DNA of 64,000 nt from Halobacteriovoraceae bacterium (GCA_963719505.1 CAVRCF010000005.1:1120001-1184000); one strand, 5' to 3'. Positions 1 to 10,004 are shown, counted from the first letter of the stretch. The notes: a model not told the origin generated them from the letters alone. Numbers and translations are program-made.

Positions 1-1
1 C

Positions 2-394
2 AGTGGTTTTTCAACAAACTGTTCTGTCGTTCCTTACGTTGACGGTAGATACCACCAAGTTTACGTAAACGGTAGATTCAAAGGAAACTATGAAATAAGC
101 AGCTACGGTCAGCAGGCGGAGCTTAGACGTGTTCTCACAAGTTATGTAAGAAATGGTCAATGTAACTACAGCCAGTACGGTCAAAGTGGTCCAAGCTCAT
201 CAAGCCTACTAAGTAGATATACTTCTAATTTTTACTACAACTGCCAAGTTGTTACAGAAAGAATCTATGGTTACTACCAACTTTATATCAACAACCAATT
301 TAAAGGAAACTTTGATCCTTCATCTCCGGCAGAGATGGCAAGGTTGAATTACTCTTTAAGAAGCTATGACCAAAACGGAACATGTAGAAGATAA
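2..394 (+). CDS. 3' end of a hypothetical protein with two copies of a Cys-bounded ~50-aa repeat (partial, runs off the window start)
   Basis: Manual translation of frame 2 is open to TAA at 392-394: NCSVVPYVDGRYHQVYVNGRFKGNY...SYVRNGQC and NCQVVTERIYGYYQLYINNQFKGNF...SYDQNGTC. Confidence 0.75.
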   Translation, partial: SGFSTNCSVVPYVDGRYHQVYVNGRFKGNYEISSYGQQAELRRVLTSYVRNGQCNYSQYGQSGPSSSSLLSRYTSNFYYNCQVVTERIYGYYQLYINNQFKGNFDPSSPAEMARLNYSLRSYDQNGTCRR

Positions 395-397
395 ATT

Positions 398-430
398 AAA
401 AAAGGGAGCTCTAAGCTCCCTTCTTTATTT
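398..430. terminator. Bidirectional rho-independent terminator
   Basis: AAGGGAGCT-cta-AGCTCCCTT (402-422), A-run on the left and T-rich on the right, between convergent genes. Confidence 0.85.
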
Positions 431-447
431 GTAACTATTTTTTTAAT

Positions 448-1785
448 CTATGAAGCATCCTCTTCGACCTTCGCCGCACCTATGGCGCTTTTCTTAGGTT
501 CCGGAGCAAGTTTTCTCTCACCTTCAACTAATCTTGGACTCTCTGTCCCATCAATTGAAGCTTTAGTGACGATGCATTTTGCTATCTTCTCATTGCTTGG
601 AATTTCATACATTACATCAAGCATCGTCTGCTCAAGAATAGACCTAAGCCCACGAGCTCCAGTTTTCTTATTAATAGCAGTCTTAGCCACCTCTAAAAGA
701 GCATCTTCTTCAAACTCTAGCTCAATACCATCAAACTCAAAAAGCTTTTGATATTGCTTTGTAATAGCGTTCTTTAGGTTTAGTTAAGAATTTGAACTAG
801 ATGCTTCTTCATCAAGTTCTTGCAAGCATGGCATTCACGGGAAGACGTCCAATAAATTCAGGAATTAAACCAAATTTTGAAAGATCTCCGGACTCAATTC
901 CACCCAGGTTTTCAATATTTGTTTTCTTCTACGTTCTTATCAGCTTGCTTTTTTCCCTGCAAGTCCAAGTGCTGGTTTTTTATTTTGTCTTTGCTCGATG
1001 ATTTTATCTAATCCAACAAATGCTCCAGCAACAATAAAAAGAATATTCTTAGTGTTTACTTGTAAAAATTCTTGTTGAGGATGCTTACGTCCACCTTTAG
1101 GAGGAACACTTGCTACAGTTCCTTCAATAAGTTTTAGCAGTGCTTGCTGAACACCTTCACCAGAAACGTCTCTCGTGATAGATGGGTTTTCAGACTTTCT
1201 TAGCAATCTTATCAATCTCATCAATATAGACGATCCCTCTTTGAGCTCGTTCAATATCGTAATCACAGTTTTGTAAAAGATTTAAGAATAATATTTTCAA
1301 CATCTTCACCAACATATCCTGCTTCTGTTAAGCTTGTTGCATCTGCAATCGCAAAGGGAACATTAAGATATTTTGCAAGAGACTGTGCAATCAAAGTTTT
1401 ACCAGAACCCGTTGGTCCCGCTAAAAGAATATTCGATTTCGCTAGTTCTACACTTATCTCCATCTTTTACCAGATGGTCTGTGAGCGATTCTTTTATAAG
1501 TGATTATGAACAGCAACAGAGATAATTTTCTTTGCTCTATCTTGTCCAATAACATAATTATCAAGATGCTCTTTAATCTCATGAGGCTTTGGAACATTGT
1601 CCAGAGCAGTTTTAGAAACCTGCTTAACAGAATCTTCGTAGATAATGTCGTTACAAAGTTCAATACATTCATCACAAATATAGACACCAGGACCTGCAAT
1701 TAAGCTTTTTTACTTCTTTTTGAGATTTTCCACAAAAGTTACAATGTAAGTGCTCCGTAACTTTCGCCTTGCTTTTTTACGTCAT
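448..1785 (-). pseudogene. clpX: ATP-dependent Clp protease ATP-binding subunit ClpX, multiply frameshifted as given (probably sequencing error)
   Basis: Fragments give the zinc finger (CNFCGKSQ...CDEC), Walker [40 protein letters not shown] and [12 protein letters not shown] at 1785 overlaps the clpP stop (TAATG). Confidence 0.93.
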
Positions 1786-2446
1786 TATTTTCCTCGTTTT
1801 ATTTTAGCGATTCTCTTATTTATCGACTCTGTTTTACCTTTAGGCTCAATGATTTTATCAATTAGACCTAACTCTTTTGCAGCTTTTCTGGACCTAGATA
1901 ATTATCTCTATCCATCGCTTCTTCATATTCTTCATAAGACATATCTCCAGAAGTATGATCAACATAAATTTGAGTAAGTTGTTGTTTTAAATCTTGAATT
2001 TCTTGTGCTTGAATTTGAATATCACTTGCCTGTCCTCTAGCTCCACCAAGAGGTTGGTGAATCATGATTCTAGAATGTGGAAGTAGCATATCTATTTCCT
2101 TTATGACCTGCGGATAAAAGAAGTGATCCCATTGAAGCTGCAAGTCCCACACAGTAAGTGTAAACCGGACAAGAAATGTGTTGCATAATATCGTAGATAC
2201 CAAGACCAGCGTAAACGCTTCCACCTGGACTATTAATATAGAAGTGAATCGGTGCTTCTGACATCTGATTGCTCTAAAAAAAGCATTTGAGCGATAAGAA
2301 GATTTGCAACTGTGTCGTTAACTTCTGTTCCTAAGAAAAATAATTCTATCTAAAAGAAGACGTAGAATAGATATCATATTGTCTCTCCCCTCTTGCCGTT
2401 TGTTCAATAACAACTGGATTTGGGATGTACATTTTAGGTGCTTCAT
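1785..2446 (-). pseudogene. clpP: Clp protease proteolytic subunit ClpP, multiply frameshifted as given (probably sequencing error)
   Basis: Fragments give [35 protein letters not shown] (catalytic Ser), IMIHQPLGG (His) and MDRDNY. Confidence 0.93.
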
Positions 2447-2502
2447 TTTAACTTTCCTTTTGTATGATAGATTCATACTTTTATTGGAATCCATGTAGTT
2501 AC

Positions 2503-2529
2503 TTTTCGGTCTATTCCCCAGTTAACTTA
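2503..2529 (-). promoter_or_regulatory. sigma28 (FliA)-type promoter upstream of clpPX
   Basis: Minus strand TAAG-N15-ACCGAAAA versus consensus TAAA-N15-GCCGATAA. Confidence 0.55.
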
Positions 2530-2780
2530 ATAAAAACTCTAACTTAATTTAACGCTATTTCAAGGGTTTAAAGAGAATCTGTTTACATACCTGACTAAAG
2601 CGCTCAGAGCCATTGTGGAGCCTTTAAACAGCATTTTTAGGGTCAAATATCGCCCAGCACTATTTGCCGGAGGCTTTTTGACTGTGAAACATTTTCAAAT
2701 GAAATTGATAGAATGCTCCTCAAAACCTATAAGTATCAAAAATAACGAGCCGTAAGAAACCTAAAAACAATTGTGAGAGT

Positions 2781-2797
2781 TTGGCATCTGGTTTGCT
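2781..2797 (+). promoter_or_regulatory. sigma54 (-24/-12) promoter
   Basis: TTGGCATCTGGTTTGCT, i.e. GG-N10-GC, about 65 bp upstream of the ORF at 2862. Confidence 0.65.
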
Positions 2798-2861
2798 CAA
2801 TAGTTGATGAGAGTTAAGGAATAACCCTCGCTAATATTATGGAAGATGACCTAGGAGAGAG

Positions 2862-3158
2862 ATGAACAATTCAAACGTAGTTGATTTACAACAGCAGAGA
2901 AAAAAAGCAGCGTTAAAAAAGACTGAGCATAATTTTAAAGCTTACCTATCGAGCTTAAAGCAAGAGCAGCTTCAAACAGAAGCAAACTTCCTTTTAAACC
3001 AATTCTCAGATGAGTACAGTGAAGACTATCTTTTAAAGAGTGCTCTTCTTATGGATGAACTCGCTAAAAGAGTGAGTGCAACGAATATGTCTCATACCAT
3101 TAATAAGTATGCTCAAAATTTAAGAGAAAAGTTAGAGAAAGCTGACGAACTTAATTAA
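2862..3158 (+). CDS. Hypothetical protein (helical, 98 aa)
   Basis: AGGAG RBS before ATG; no recognisable motif. Confidence 0.75.
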   Translation: MNNSNVVDLQQQRKKAALKKTEHNFKAYLSSLKQEQLQTEANFLLNQFSDEYSEDYLLKSALLMDELAKRVSATNMSHTINKYAQNLREKLEKADELN

Positions 3159-3355
3159 TGAAAGAATTAAGTCCTCAACTCAAGCATGATTTTATCAATA
3201 ATAGTATTCGAATAGAAGTGCTATCAAAAATTATTTGCGAGGGCTTAAATAAAAATGAGGACCTGAATCCTACTCACCTCAATGATATGGAAGACTTTCT
3301 TTTAAAAGAGATCAACCTTCTCAAAGAAATTAAAAACTTTACTCACAGCCATTGA
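3158..3355 (+). CDS. Hypothetical protein (65 aa)
   Basis: TAATG stop/start overlap with the preceding ORF. Confidence 0.6.
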   Translation: MKELSPQLKHDFINNSIRIEVLSKIICEGLNKNEDLNPTHLNDMEDFLLKEINLLKEIKNFTHSH

Positions 3356-3918
3356 AGACTTTGATAATCATGCTGAACTTTCTTAAAGAGGATTGAAATC
3401 TTCTCCTCTTTTTCATAGCCCAAGATCGGAGCTAGTAAACGCACTTTCTCAATATTTTGCTCATCAGTATTTAATGAATCGATGAGAACTTGCAAATAGA
3501 TAAGGTTACTAGAAAACACTTTTACATACTCTTTAATGGCCATCTCAGCCGAATGAGGAACATCAGTGAACTTCAGTCCTATACGAGAAGTAAAAGCTTG
3601 TTCAGCTTTTGATTCTATACCAATTTTTCTCACCATCGTTGACTTTAATCGAACAATTGTATTTTCAGTCATATCTGGAGAATAGTTTTGAAGCCTCTCT
3701 AAGGTGAAGTTTTTGAAAAGAGGCATTTGTCGAAGACTTAACATTAAAGGAACATTTTCATTATTTTCTGGAAAATGGGGAACCTGATCTAATAGTAATC
3801 CCCCTTCAGAAAGATTTAAAGAGCGTGCTTTGAAAACAAAGTCATTATCAACATATAAAACGGGCTCTGAATAAGGAGCCCGTAAATATAAACGCTGATA
3901 GTCTCTTTTGGTCTTCAT
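3343..3918 (-). CDS. PilZ domain protein (c-di-GMP receptor)
   Basis: RxxxR (RLYLR) and N-x-S-x-x-G (NLSEGG) motifs, IGLKF strand. Confidence 0.8.
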   Translation of the reverse strand: MKTKRDYQRLYLRAPYSEPVLYVDNDFVFKARSLNLSEGGLLLDQVPHFPENNENVPLMLSLRQMPLFKNFTLERLQNYSPDMTENTIVRLKSTMVRKIGIESKAEQAFTSRIGLKFTDVPHSAEMAIKEYVKVFSSNLIYLQVLIDSLNTDEQNIEKVRLLAPILGYEKEEKISILFKKVQHDYQSLQWL

Positions 3919-5237
3919 TACAGAAGCTCACTCGCAATCTCAGAAAGACGTGATCTCTCACCTTGCTTAAGCTTCGTGTGGGCCACAATATCTTCGCCTT
4001 TTAGTCTATCAATACAATAAACAAGTCCATTATTAATTGCATCCAAATAAGGGTTATCGATTTGCTCACTATCTCCGGTTAGAACAATTTTTGTTCCCTC
4101 TCCTGCTCTTGTAATAATCGTTTTAATCTCATGAGGAGTGAGGTTTTGGGCCTCATCAACAATCATATACTGACCAGGAAGAGATCTTCCTCGAATATAA
4201 GTTAGTGGCTCAACGTGGAGAAGTCCTTGATTAATAAGTTCATCCCAAGTTGTCGCTTCATTATTTGCTCTTTGGCTTCCAAAAAGAAAATCGATATTAT
4301 CGAAAATTGGTTGCATCCATGGACCTAACTTCTCATTAACATCCCCTGGTAAAAAACCAAGATCACGTCCCATTGGAACAATAGGTCTTGAGACAAGAAC
4401 TCTTGAAAACTTTTGTTGTGTTATCGTCGCTTCAAGACCCGCAGCGATTGCTAAAAGAGTCTTTCCCGTTCCCGCTTTACCAACAAGACTGACAAGAGCA
4501 ATTTCGTTATTTAAAAGGGCGTCAAAAGCAAATTGCTGCTCAACATTTTTAGGATGAACACCCCAAACACCTTCTCTAGACTTGATAAGTGGAACAATAC
4601 CACCTTTCTTTTGATGAAAGCGGCCAAGCTGTCTTTTTTGAGGATTGCCTGTCTCATGCATAATAATATATTCATTCGGATAGAAGCCTTTAACCTCTTC
4701 TTCTTTTAATTGTAAAAATCTATTTGATTCAAACTCTGAAAGCCTAGAAGCCTCCATTTCCACAATACGATGACCCTGGTAAAGCTCATCAATCGAAATC
4801 TCACTTGTCTCATAATCTTCAGCAGCAACACCTACAGCGTCGGCTTTCAGTCTTAGATTGATATCTTTAGTAATGAGAACAACATCCTCTCCACTTTCTT
4901 TTAAAGACAAGGCATTGGCGAGAATTAGGTTATCATTTATAGAGAGATCAATCCCAGTGTGAGTTGTTGCAGGTTCTCTTAAAATTGAAATCTGTAGTGA
5001 ACCTTTTTCATTTATAGGAACGCCTTTGACTAAAGAGCCACCTGCTCTCATACCGTCTACAAGTCTTGCAAAATGTCTGGCATTTCTTCCGTTTTCATTT
5101 TGATCCTTTTTAAAGCGATCTAATTCTTCAACAACAACCAGTGGGATAAACACTTTGTTGTTTCCAAATTTGTTGATTGAAAGGGGGTCAAAAAGAAGTA
5201 CGTTGGTGTCGATAACAAAAGTTTTACTAGCGCTCAA
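3918..5237 (-). CDS. PhoH2-type PIN-PhoH ATPase/RNase
   Basis: N-terminal PIN (VIDTNVL, TKDINLR); PhoH domain GKAGTGKT, GFLPG, YIRGRS, DEAQN. Confidence 0.92.
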   Translation of the reverse strand: MSASKTFVIDTNVLLFDPLSINKFGNNKVFIPLVVVEELDRFKKDQNENGRNARHFARLVDGMRAGGSLVKGVPINEKGSLQISILREPATTHTGIDLSINDNLILANALSLKESGEDVVLITKDINLRLKADAVGVAAEDYETSEISIDELYQGHRIVEMEASRLSEFESNRFLQLKEEEVKGFYPNEYIIMHETGNPQKRQLGRFHQKKGGIVPLIKSREGVWGVHPKNVEQQFAFDALLNNEIALVSLVGKAGTGKTLLAIAAGLEATITQQKFSRVLVSRPIVPMGRDLGFLPGDVNEKLGPWMQPIFDNIDFLFGSQRANNEATTWDELINQGLLHVEPLTYIRGRSLPGQYMIVDEAQNLTPHEIKTIITRAGEGTKIVLTGDSEQIDNPYLDAINNGLVYCIDRLKGEDIVAHTKLKQGERSRLSEIASELL

Positions 5238-5302
5238 TAGTCTCTCCTAATAAAGATGTGAGTGTTACTTTATTGTAGAAGAAAAAAAACTAAACTTCAA
5301 AA

Positions 5303-6415
5303 CTAAACGTCGAAATTAAAATCGAAAAGGCTGACATAGACTACGACTCTTTCCGAGGCTTGCTGATCTGCTTTTTCACCGATATCCACTCCATAGATAC
5401 CAGCATAGGTTTTAATGGCCCCAAGATCAAGCTTAATACCATAGCTATACTGTCCACTATTGAGCCCGGCCAGTACAGATAAAGCTGGGGTAAAGATAAG
5501 CTCAGTTCCAAGTCTCACCCTTTTTGAAAAATCCAGATCAAAGCTTTCAAGATTTCTAAGGTCAGCAGAGAACAACATCCCAAATCCCGTATGCTTGATA
5601 AGATAAGAGGCTCCAAAGTTTGCTTTCAATGGTTGAGACTGAACACTCGACTGCTTTGTTGAACTAGTCGTATTAAACTTCGTATAGGCATCTAAAAGAG
5701 AAAAGCCCATAGTAAAAAGGTTATTTCCTTTTCGCTTCACATAATCCAGCCCAAAGTCTACTCCCCACGCTGACCCTTTAGATTTTCCAAAGGCATCGGC
5801 TAATATATCAGAGTATTCAGAAATATCACCGGCGTTTTCTATCTGATCGATAAGATCAATGGAGCTAGAGCTCAATAAATTATACGTCCCATAAATTGAT
5901 TCTCTTTGAACGTATTTTACACTCATTCCAAATGCCAAATCTCCATTCAAGGGAAAACCATAACCCGCTATAAATCCACGGTCGTAGTGGTGATCGATAT
6001 CAAGCATAGGAGTATATCGATTAACCACATTCATATTTGTCTGATTATTAACAATCGCCGAGAACCCAAATCGACCAAGCTTGAAGCCTGGACTTGCATT
6101 CAATCCAATATGAATAGGTGTATCAACAAAGTTATCAAAAAACTCACTTGTCGTGCTTCCCGAATCTTCAAATTTATTTTCAGCAGTTAAAATATTTGTC
6201 ACTGTGACCTGAGGATTGATGGCCCAAAAAGACAGACCCTTGTGACGGGCTAAAATGGCTGGATTATAGTAGAGAGTGAATTCATCGTCCGCAATTGATG
6301 TGTAGGCATCTCCCATCAAAAGAGCTTTTGGTGAACGGGAAAAATATCGATCATTAAGAGCAAAAAGATTTGAACTAAAAATAAGAAGGATAAAGATCAA
6401 AGATGAATGCATCAA
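5303..6415 (-). CDS. Outer-membrane beta-barrel protein, TraF/PorV/FadL-like
   Basis: Signal peptide; ALLMGDAYTSIADD..YYNPA plug motif; alternating beta strands. Confidence 0.7.
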   Translation of the reverse strand: MMHSSLIFILLIFSSNLFALNDRYFSRSPKALLMGDAYTSIADDEFTLYYNPAILARHKGLSFWAINPQVTVTNILTAENKFEDSGSTTSEFFDNFVDTPIHIGLNASPGFKLGRFGFSAIVNNQTNMNVVNRYTPMLDIDHHYDRGFIAGYGFPLNGDLAFGMSVKYVQRESIYGTYNLLSSSSIDLIDQIENAGDISEYSDILADAFGKSKGSAWGVDFGLDYVKRKGNNLFTMGFSLLDAYTKFNTTSSTKQSSVQSQPLKANFGASYLIKHTGFGMLFSADLRNLESFDLDFSKRVRLGTELIFTPALSVLAGLNSGQYSYGIKLDLGAIKTYAGIYGVDIGEKADQQASERVVVYVSLFDFNFDV

Positions 6416-7389
6416 TTATGGTTTCCTTCGATAAAAACTGAATAGAAGGCTTCCAATTGATTTTTATTCGTTGTGTTTGTCGTCGCAGTCGTTACACAAC
6501 TTGGGACATCCAAAAATGAGTCGTAAGCTGTCACGGCTGCACCGTCCCCCTTTGAAGAGAGATAAGCAGTCCCCGCCGATTTGATATCCTCAAGGGCGTC
6601 GAGAGCATCCTCAATATTTCCTAGATCACTGGTGTCTTGAGGAAGATCTAAATTAAATAAAAGATCATAGAAATTATTATAAAGAACAACACCCTCGCAC
6701 AGCTTTCTTTCATATTCAGAGTCTGATACGAGTATTGAGACATCACTATTTGAAGTCGTTGCACCGGTGCAAGAATCAGTATTTATTTCATCAAGGTAAT
6801 CATTATTAACATTGGCATAATTATACTGAGCAAGACAAACGGCTGAACTTCCCGAACCCGCTCCTTTAGATCCTGATGAATCCACATTTCCGTATGCGCC
6901 AAAGTATTTAGACAATAAAATTGTGGTAAGGAAAAAGGCCTGATAGTTAAGCTCTCCACCACCAGTTTCTCCAAACTTTTGCTTTCGTCCTAGTGACCCC
7001 TTAGTACTACTTGAGTTTTGGATAACTTCCAAAGCTTTCATAATATTAAGATACTTATCATCATCAGGCTGAGTCACCTCTTGACCAGCATCAAAAGAGG
7101 CGAGAATGGCAAAAAGATTTTGTGCTTGAGAGTCTAGAGCTCCCAGCTCATCAAGGACAGTTTCTAGCTCTCTATAGTTTGCTCGACACTGATAAACTGA
7201 AGCGTATAACGAGACATAAACTTTATCATCTGAATCTGGTGATATGCTGTCGAGGGCTTTCTTTGCTGCAGAACAATCTCCACTTGAGAGAAAGTGGAGG
7301 GCTTCTTTTTTTGCAGAAATGACTTCTTCTTCTTTGTTTGCACAAGATGTGGAGAAGATGAATAGAAGGCTTAATATAAAATATTTCAC
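6412..7389 (-). CDS. Hypothetical lipoprotein
   Basis: Lipobox STSC; TPR-like helical N-terminus; several Cys. Confidence 0.75.
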   Translation of the reverse strand: MKYFILSLLFIFSTSCANKEEEVISAKKEALHFLSSGDCSAAKKALDSISPDSDDKVYVSLYASVYQCRANYRELETVLDELGALDSQAQNLFAILASFDAGQEVTQPDDDKYLNIMKALEVIQNSSSTKGSLGRKQKFGETGGGELNYQAFFLTTILLSKYFGAYGNVDSSGSKGAGSGSSAVCLAQYNYANVNNDYLDEINTDSCTGATTSNSDVSILVSDSEYERKLCEGVVLYNNFYDLLFNLDLPQDTSDLGNIEDALDALEDIKSAGTAYLSSKGDGAAVTAYDSFLDVPSCVTTATTNTTNKNQLEAFYSVFIEGNHN

Positions 7390-7435
7390 TCTTCTATTCT
7401 AAGTCGTTTTATAACCTCAAATTAGAGGGCAAAAT

Positions 7436-8656
7436 CTACTGATTTTTATTAGCAAGAAAAGTCGTCAACTTCTCCATTGCCTCGGTAAAAGGAGCAATTT
7501 CTAATGTCATGCTCATCCTTGCTGAATTTGGAAATCCGAAAGCTGCTCCTGGAACCAAAGCCACACCAGTCTGATCAAGTATATTTTTCACAAGCTCCAC
7601 GGAATAGTCTTTATCCTTTGAGTACTTCTCCGAAATTGGCATCCGACTAAAATCGATAAAGTAGTAAAAAGCAGAAGTCGTCTGATACCAACAATGAGAA
7701 AGATTAACTAGCCTAAAGCTTTCGCGCACGATCTCCGCGCACTGTCTCAATTGAACCTTTACCTGATCTAGAAAATTTTCTAGGTTTTCAAAATCAAATT
7801 CTATCAATGACTTTTGAATGAGACTATTAGCGCCAGAAGTCGTTTGACTCTGAATCTTCGCCATGGCATCAATAAGTGGCTTTTGAGCCGCGCAATACCC
7901 GATTCTTAAGCCTGTACTGGCCAACGACTTTGAAATACCATCGATAATGACCGTCTGAGCAAGTAAAGAGCGATCGTACTGGTAAAAATAAGTTGGCTTC
8001 GGATCAAAATATGAAATTTCACTATAGATCTCATCGGAGACAACAATCAAATCGGGATGTTCTTTTAAAAAAATAGCAAAGTCTTTCATCCACGCATCGT
8101 CGTAATGAATTCCCGCTGGATTATTAGGAGAATTAACAAGAATAGCTTTTGTTTTATTTGTGACAGCTTTTCTAATTTCATCGATATGAGGCATAAAGCG
8201 GTCAAAGGCATTAGAGCCCACGACCTTTGGTTCCCCTCCCCAAAACTTAATCATCTCCGGGTACGAAACCCAGTACGGTGTGAGGAGTATAACCTCGTCC
8301 CCGGGGTTGAGAATGGATCCAAAGAGATTGTACAAACAATGCTTTGATCCATTGCTGACGATAACACCAAAGTCCACTCCTAAGTCATCAAAAGATATTC
8401 CTCTTTTCTTTTCAATATGAGTCTTGATTTTTGAAGTGAGTTCTGGAAATCCTCTGACGGGACTGTACTGGTAACTTTTAAGAAAATTGAGTTGAGTTGA
8501 AACAACATGAATAAACTCACTGCTTGGTTTAAAAGGCAACTGACCTGCTGTCAGGTTATAAATATGCTGTCCACCCTTTGCCAGTTTATTAATCTGATCA
8601 TTGACTGATAAAGTGATGCTCTCTTTGGCACTTTCAACTCTTACGCTTAACTTCAT
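7436..8656 (-). CDS. PLP-dependent aminotransferase class I/II (aspartate aminotransferase-like)
   Basis: NSPNNPAG, SDEIY, GISKSLASTGLRIG, VALVPG. Confidence 0.9.
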   Translation of the reverse strand: MKLSVRVESAKESITLSVNDQINKLAKGGQHIYNLTAGQLPFKPSSEFIHVVSTQLNFLKSYQYSPVRGFPELTSKIKTHIEKKRGISFDDLGVDFGVIVSNGSKHCLYNLFGSILNPGDEVILLTPYWVSYPEMIKFWGGEPKVVGSNAFDRFMPHIDEIRKAVTNKTKAILVNSPNNPAGIHYDDAWMKDFAIFLKEHPDLIVVSDEIYSEISYFDPKPTYFYQYDRSLLAQTVIIDGISKSLASTGLRIGYCAAQKPLIDAMAKIQSQTTSGANSLIQKSLIEFDFENLENFLDQVKVQLRQCAEIVRESFRLVNLSHCWYQTTSAFYYFIDFSRMPISEKYSKDKDYSVELVKNILDQTGVALVPGAAFGFPNSARMSMTLEIAPFTEAMEKLTTFLANKNQ

Positions 8657-8681
8657 GCTTACCTTTTTTAAAAACTAATTC

Positions 8682-9275
8682 TTAGTTTATATTGTAGTCG
8701 TAAAGAAACAAAAAGCTAGTCCCCTGTCTAAAGGATCTTGAGGGTTCCCCAAATAATGAATAAAAATCCAACTCTGGCATCGTCTTTTGACGACATGCTT
8801 CTATGATCGCTAGCCCTTTGAAGTCTGAGTCTAATATTTTCTTAAAAAATAACTTATATAAATCAATTTTCTCATAAGGTGGATCAAAGTAGATAAAGAC
8901 TCTTGTCTTTTCCAAAGCGTCGAGCTCAGCGTAAAAAGATTTAAACTTTTGAAACCAAATTCCAAAGTCTTCTTTGCTAATATCGATGGGATGACGAGGA
9001 AACTTTGATAAAAAATTTTCAGTATTTTTCTTCAAGACTCTAAAAACTTTTTCGCTTTTTTCTATACACAAAACAGGGTTTGCTCCCCTTGAGGAGGCTT
9101 CAATCCCTATGGAGCCTGAACCCGCGCAAAGATCGATAAAGTAAATACCATCAAGTTTTTGGTAAGAGTCAAAAAATCTTCTTCTTAAGAGGACTGAGGT
9201 CGGTCTAGTGAGATTTTCAGGGGGAACATCGAGACTAAAGCCTCGGGCAACTCCCCCTAATATTTTTAAAGACAT
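8682..9275 (-). CDS. rsmD: 16S rRNA m2G966 methyltransferase RsmD family
   Basis: LKILGG...TRPT, DLCAGSGSIGIEASSRGA, FDPPY. Confidence 0.85.
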   Translation of the reverse strand: MSLKILGGVARGFSLDVPPENLTRPTSVLLRRRFFDSYQKLDGIYFIDLCAGSGSIGIEASSRGANPVLCIEKSEKVFRVLKKNTENFLSKFPRHPIDISKEDFGIWFQKFKSFYAELDALEKTRVFIYFDPPYEKIDLYKLFFKKILDSDFKGLAIIEACRQKTMPELDFYSLFGEPSRSFRQGTSFLFLYDYNIN

Positions 9276-9278
9276 TTA

Positions 9279-9773
9279 TTAAGCAACTTTTTTAACTGTA
9301 CTCGCTTGCCCTACAGGAAGAGTAAACTTTGCTCCACCCTCTAGCTCAATCTCAAATCCATTGTCGCTTATTTGAAGGCTCACTTCTGAACCATTAATCG
9401 AAAAAGAAAGCTCCATCTGCATATCGCCTTCAATTTTAAAATTCATAGCCGTGTTATTGGCAGAAGTTTTTGGTGAAGGTGTAAAAGGTGTTTTCTCTAA
9501 ATTAACTATATTGTGATGAGAATCATCATCAAATTTTTCAATTTTTTGTTGAGGTACTACTGATTCAACTGGCATCTTTGCCACTTGGTCCAGCAGGCTA
9601 TGTTCAGCAGAAGACTCTCTTTCCTCTTCATCTAAACTTGCAACTGATTCAGCTACTTCCTCTAGGCTAGGTTCGTGATCTTCGTCATTACCGTTATCTG
9701 AAAATTCTTTCTCAAGACTTTCTATCTCATTCATGATGTCTTCAAGTTCATCATCGTTGAATCCCTTATCCAT
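9279..9773 (-). CDS. Acidic hypothetical protein
   Basis: AGGAG RBS; D/E-rich N-terminus and beta-rich C-terminal domain. Confidence 0.75.
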   Translation of the reverse strand: MDKGFNDDELEDIMNEIESLEKEFSDNGNDEDHEPSLEEVAESVASLDEEERESSAEHSLLDQVAKMPVESVVPQQKIEKFDDDSHHNIVNLEKTPFTPSPKTSANNTAMNFKIEGDMQMELSFSINGSEVSLQISDNGFEIELEGGAKFTLPVGQASTVKKVA

Positions 9774-9850
9774 TTGACTCTCCTAGTTACTGGTCAATAA
9801 TTACTGTTGTGAGTTAGAGAGCTAACTCTCTAAAATTCTATACGCAGTAC

Positions 9851-9877
9851 CTATCGAATAGAATTAACGCAAACTTA
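9851..9877 (-). promoter_or_regulatory. sigma28-type promoter upstream of the acidic protein/rsmD/aminotransferase genes
   Basis: Minus strand TAAG-N15-TTCGATAG. Confidence 0.5.
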
Positions 9878-10004
9878 AGTAAATTTTGCGTATGTAAGTT
9901 TTTAGTTTTTTAATGACAATTCTTGCCTATCTCGGTACTAATACCTTCCACAACACAGAGATAACCAACTAATTTTATTTAAATTTTTTGGAGAGAGAGG
10001 ATAA

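Noticed and set aside
448-2446. Programmed frameshifting or phase variation in clpP/clpX
   Set aside because: Too many indels, mostly outside slippery or homopolymer sites
2640-2700. Minus-strand AAAGCCTCCGGC resembling part of a c-di-GMP-I riboswitch
   Set aside because: The GGCAAA / GAAA-tetraloop / GACGC P2 stem and P1 pairing are absent
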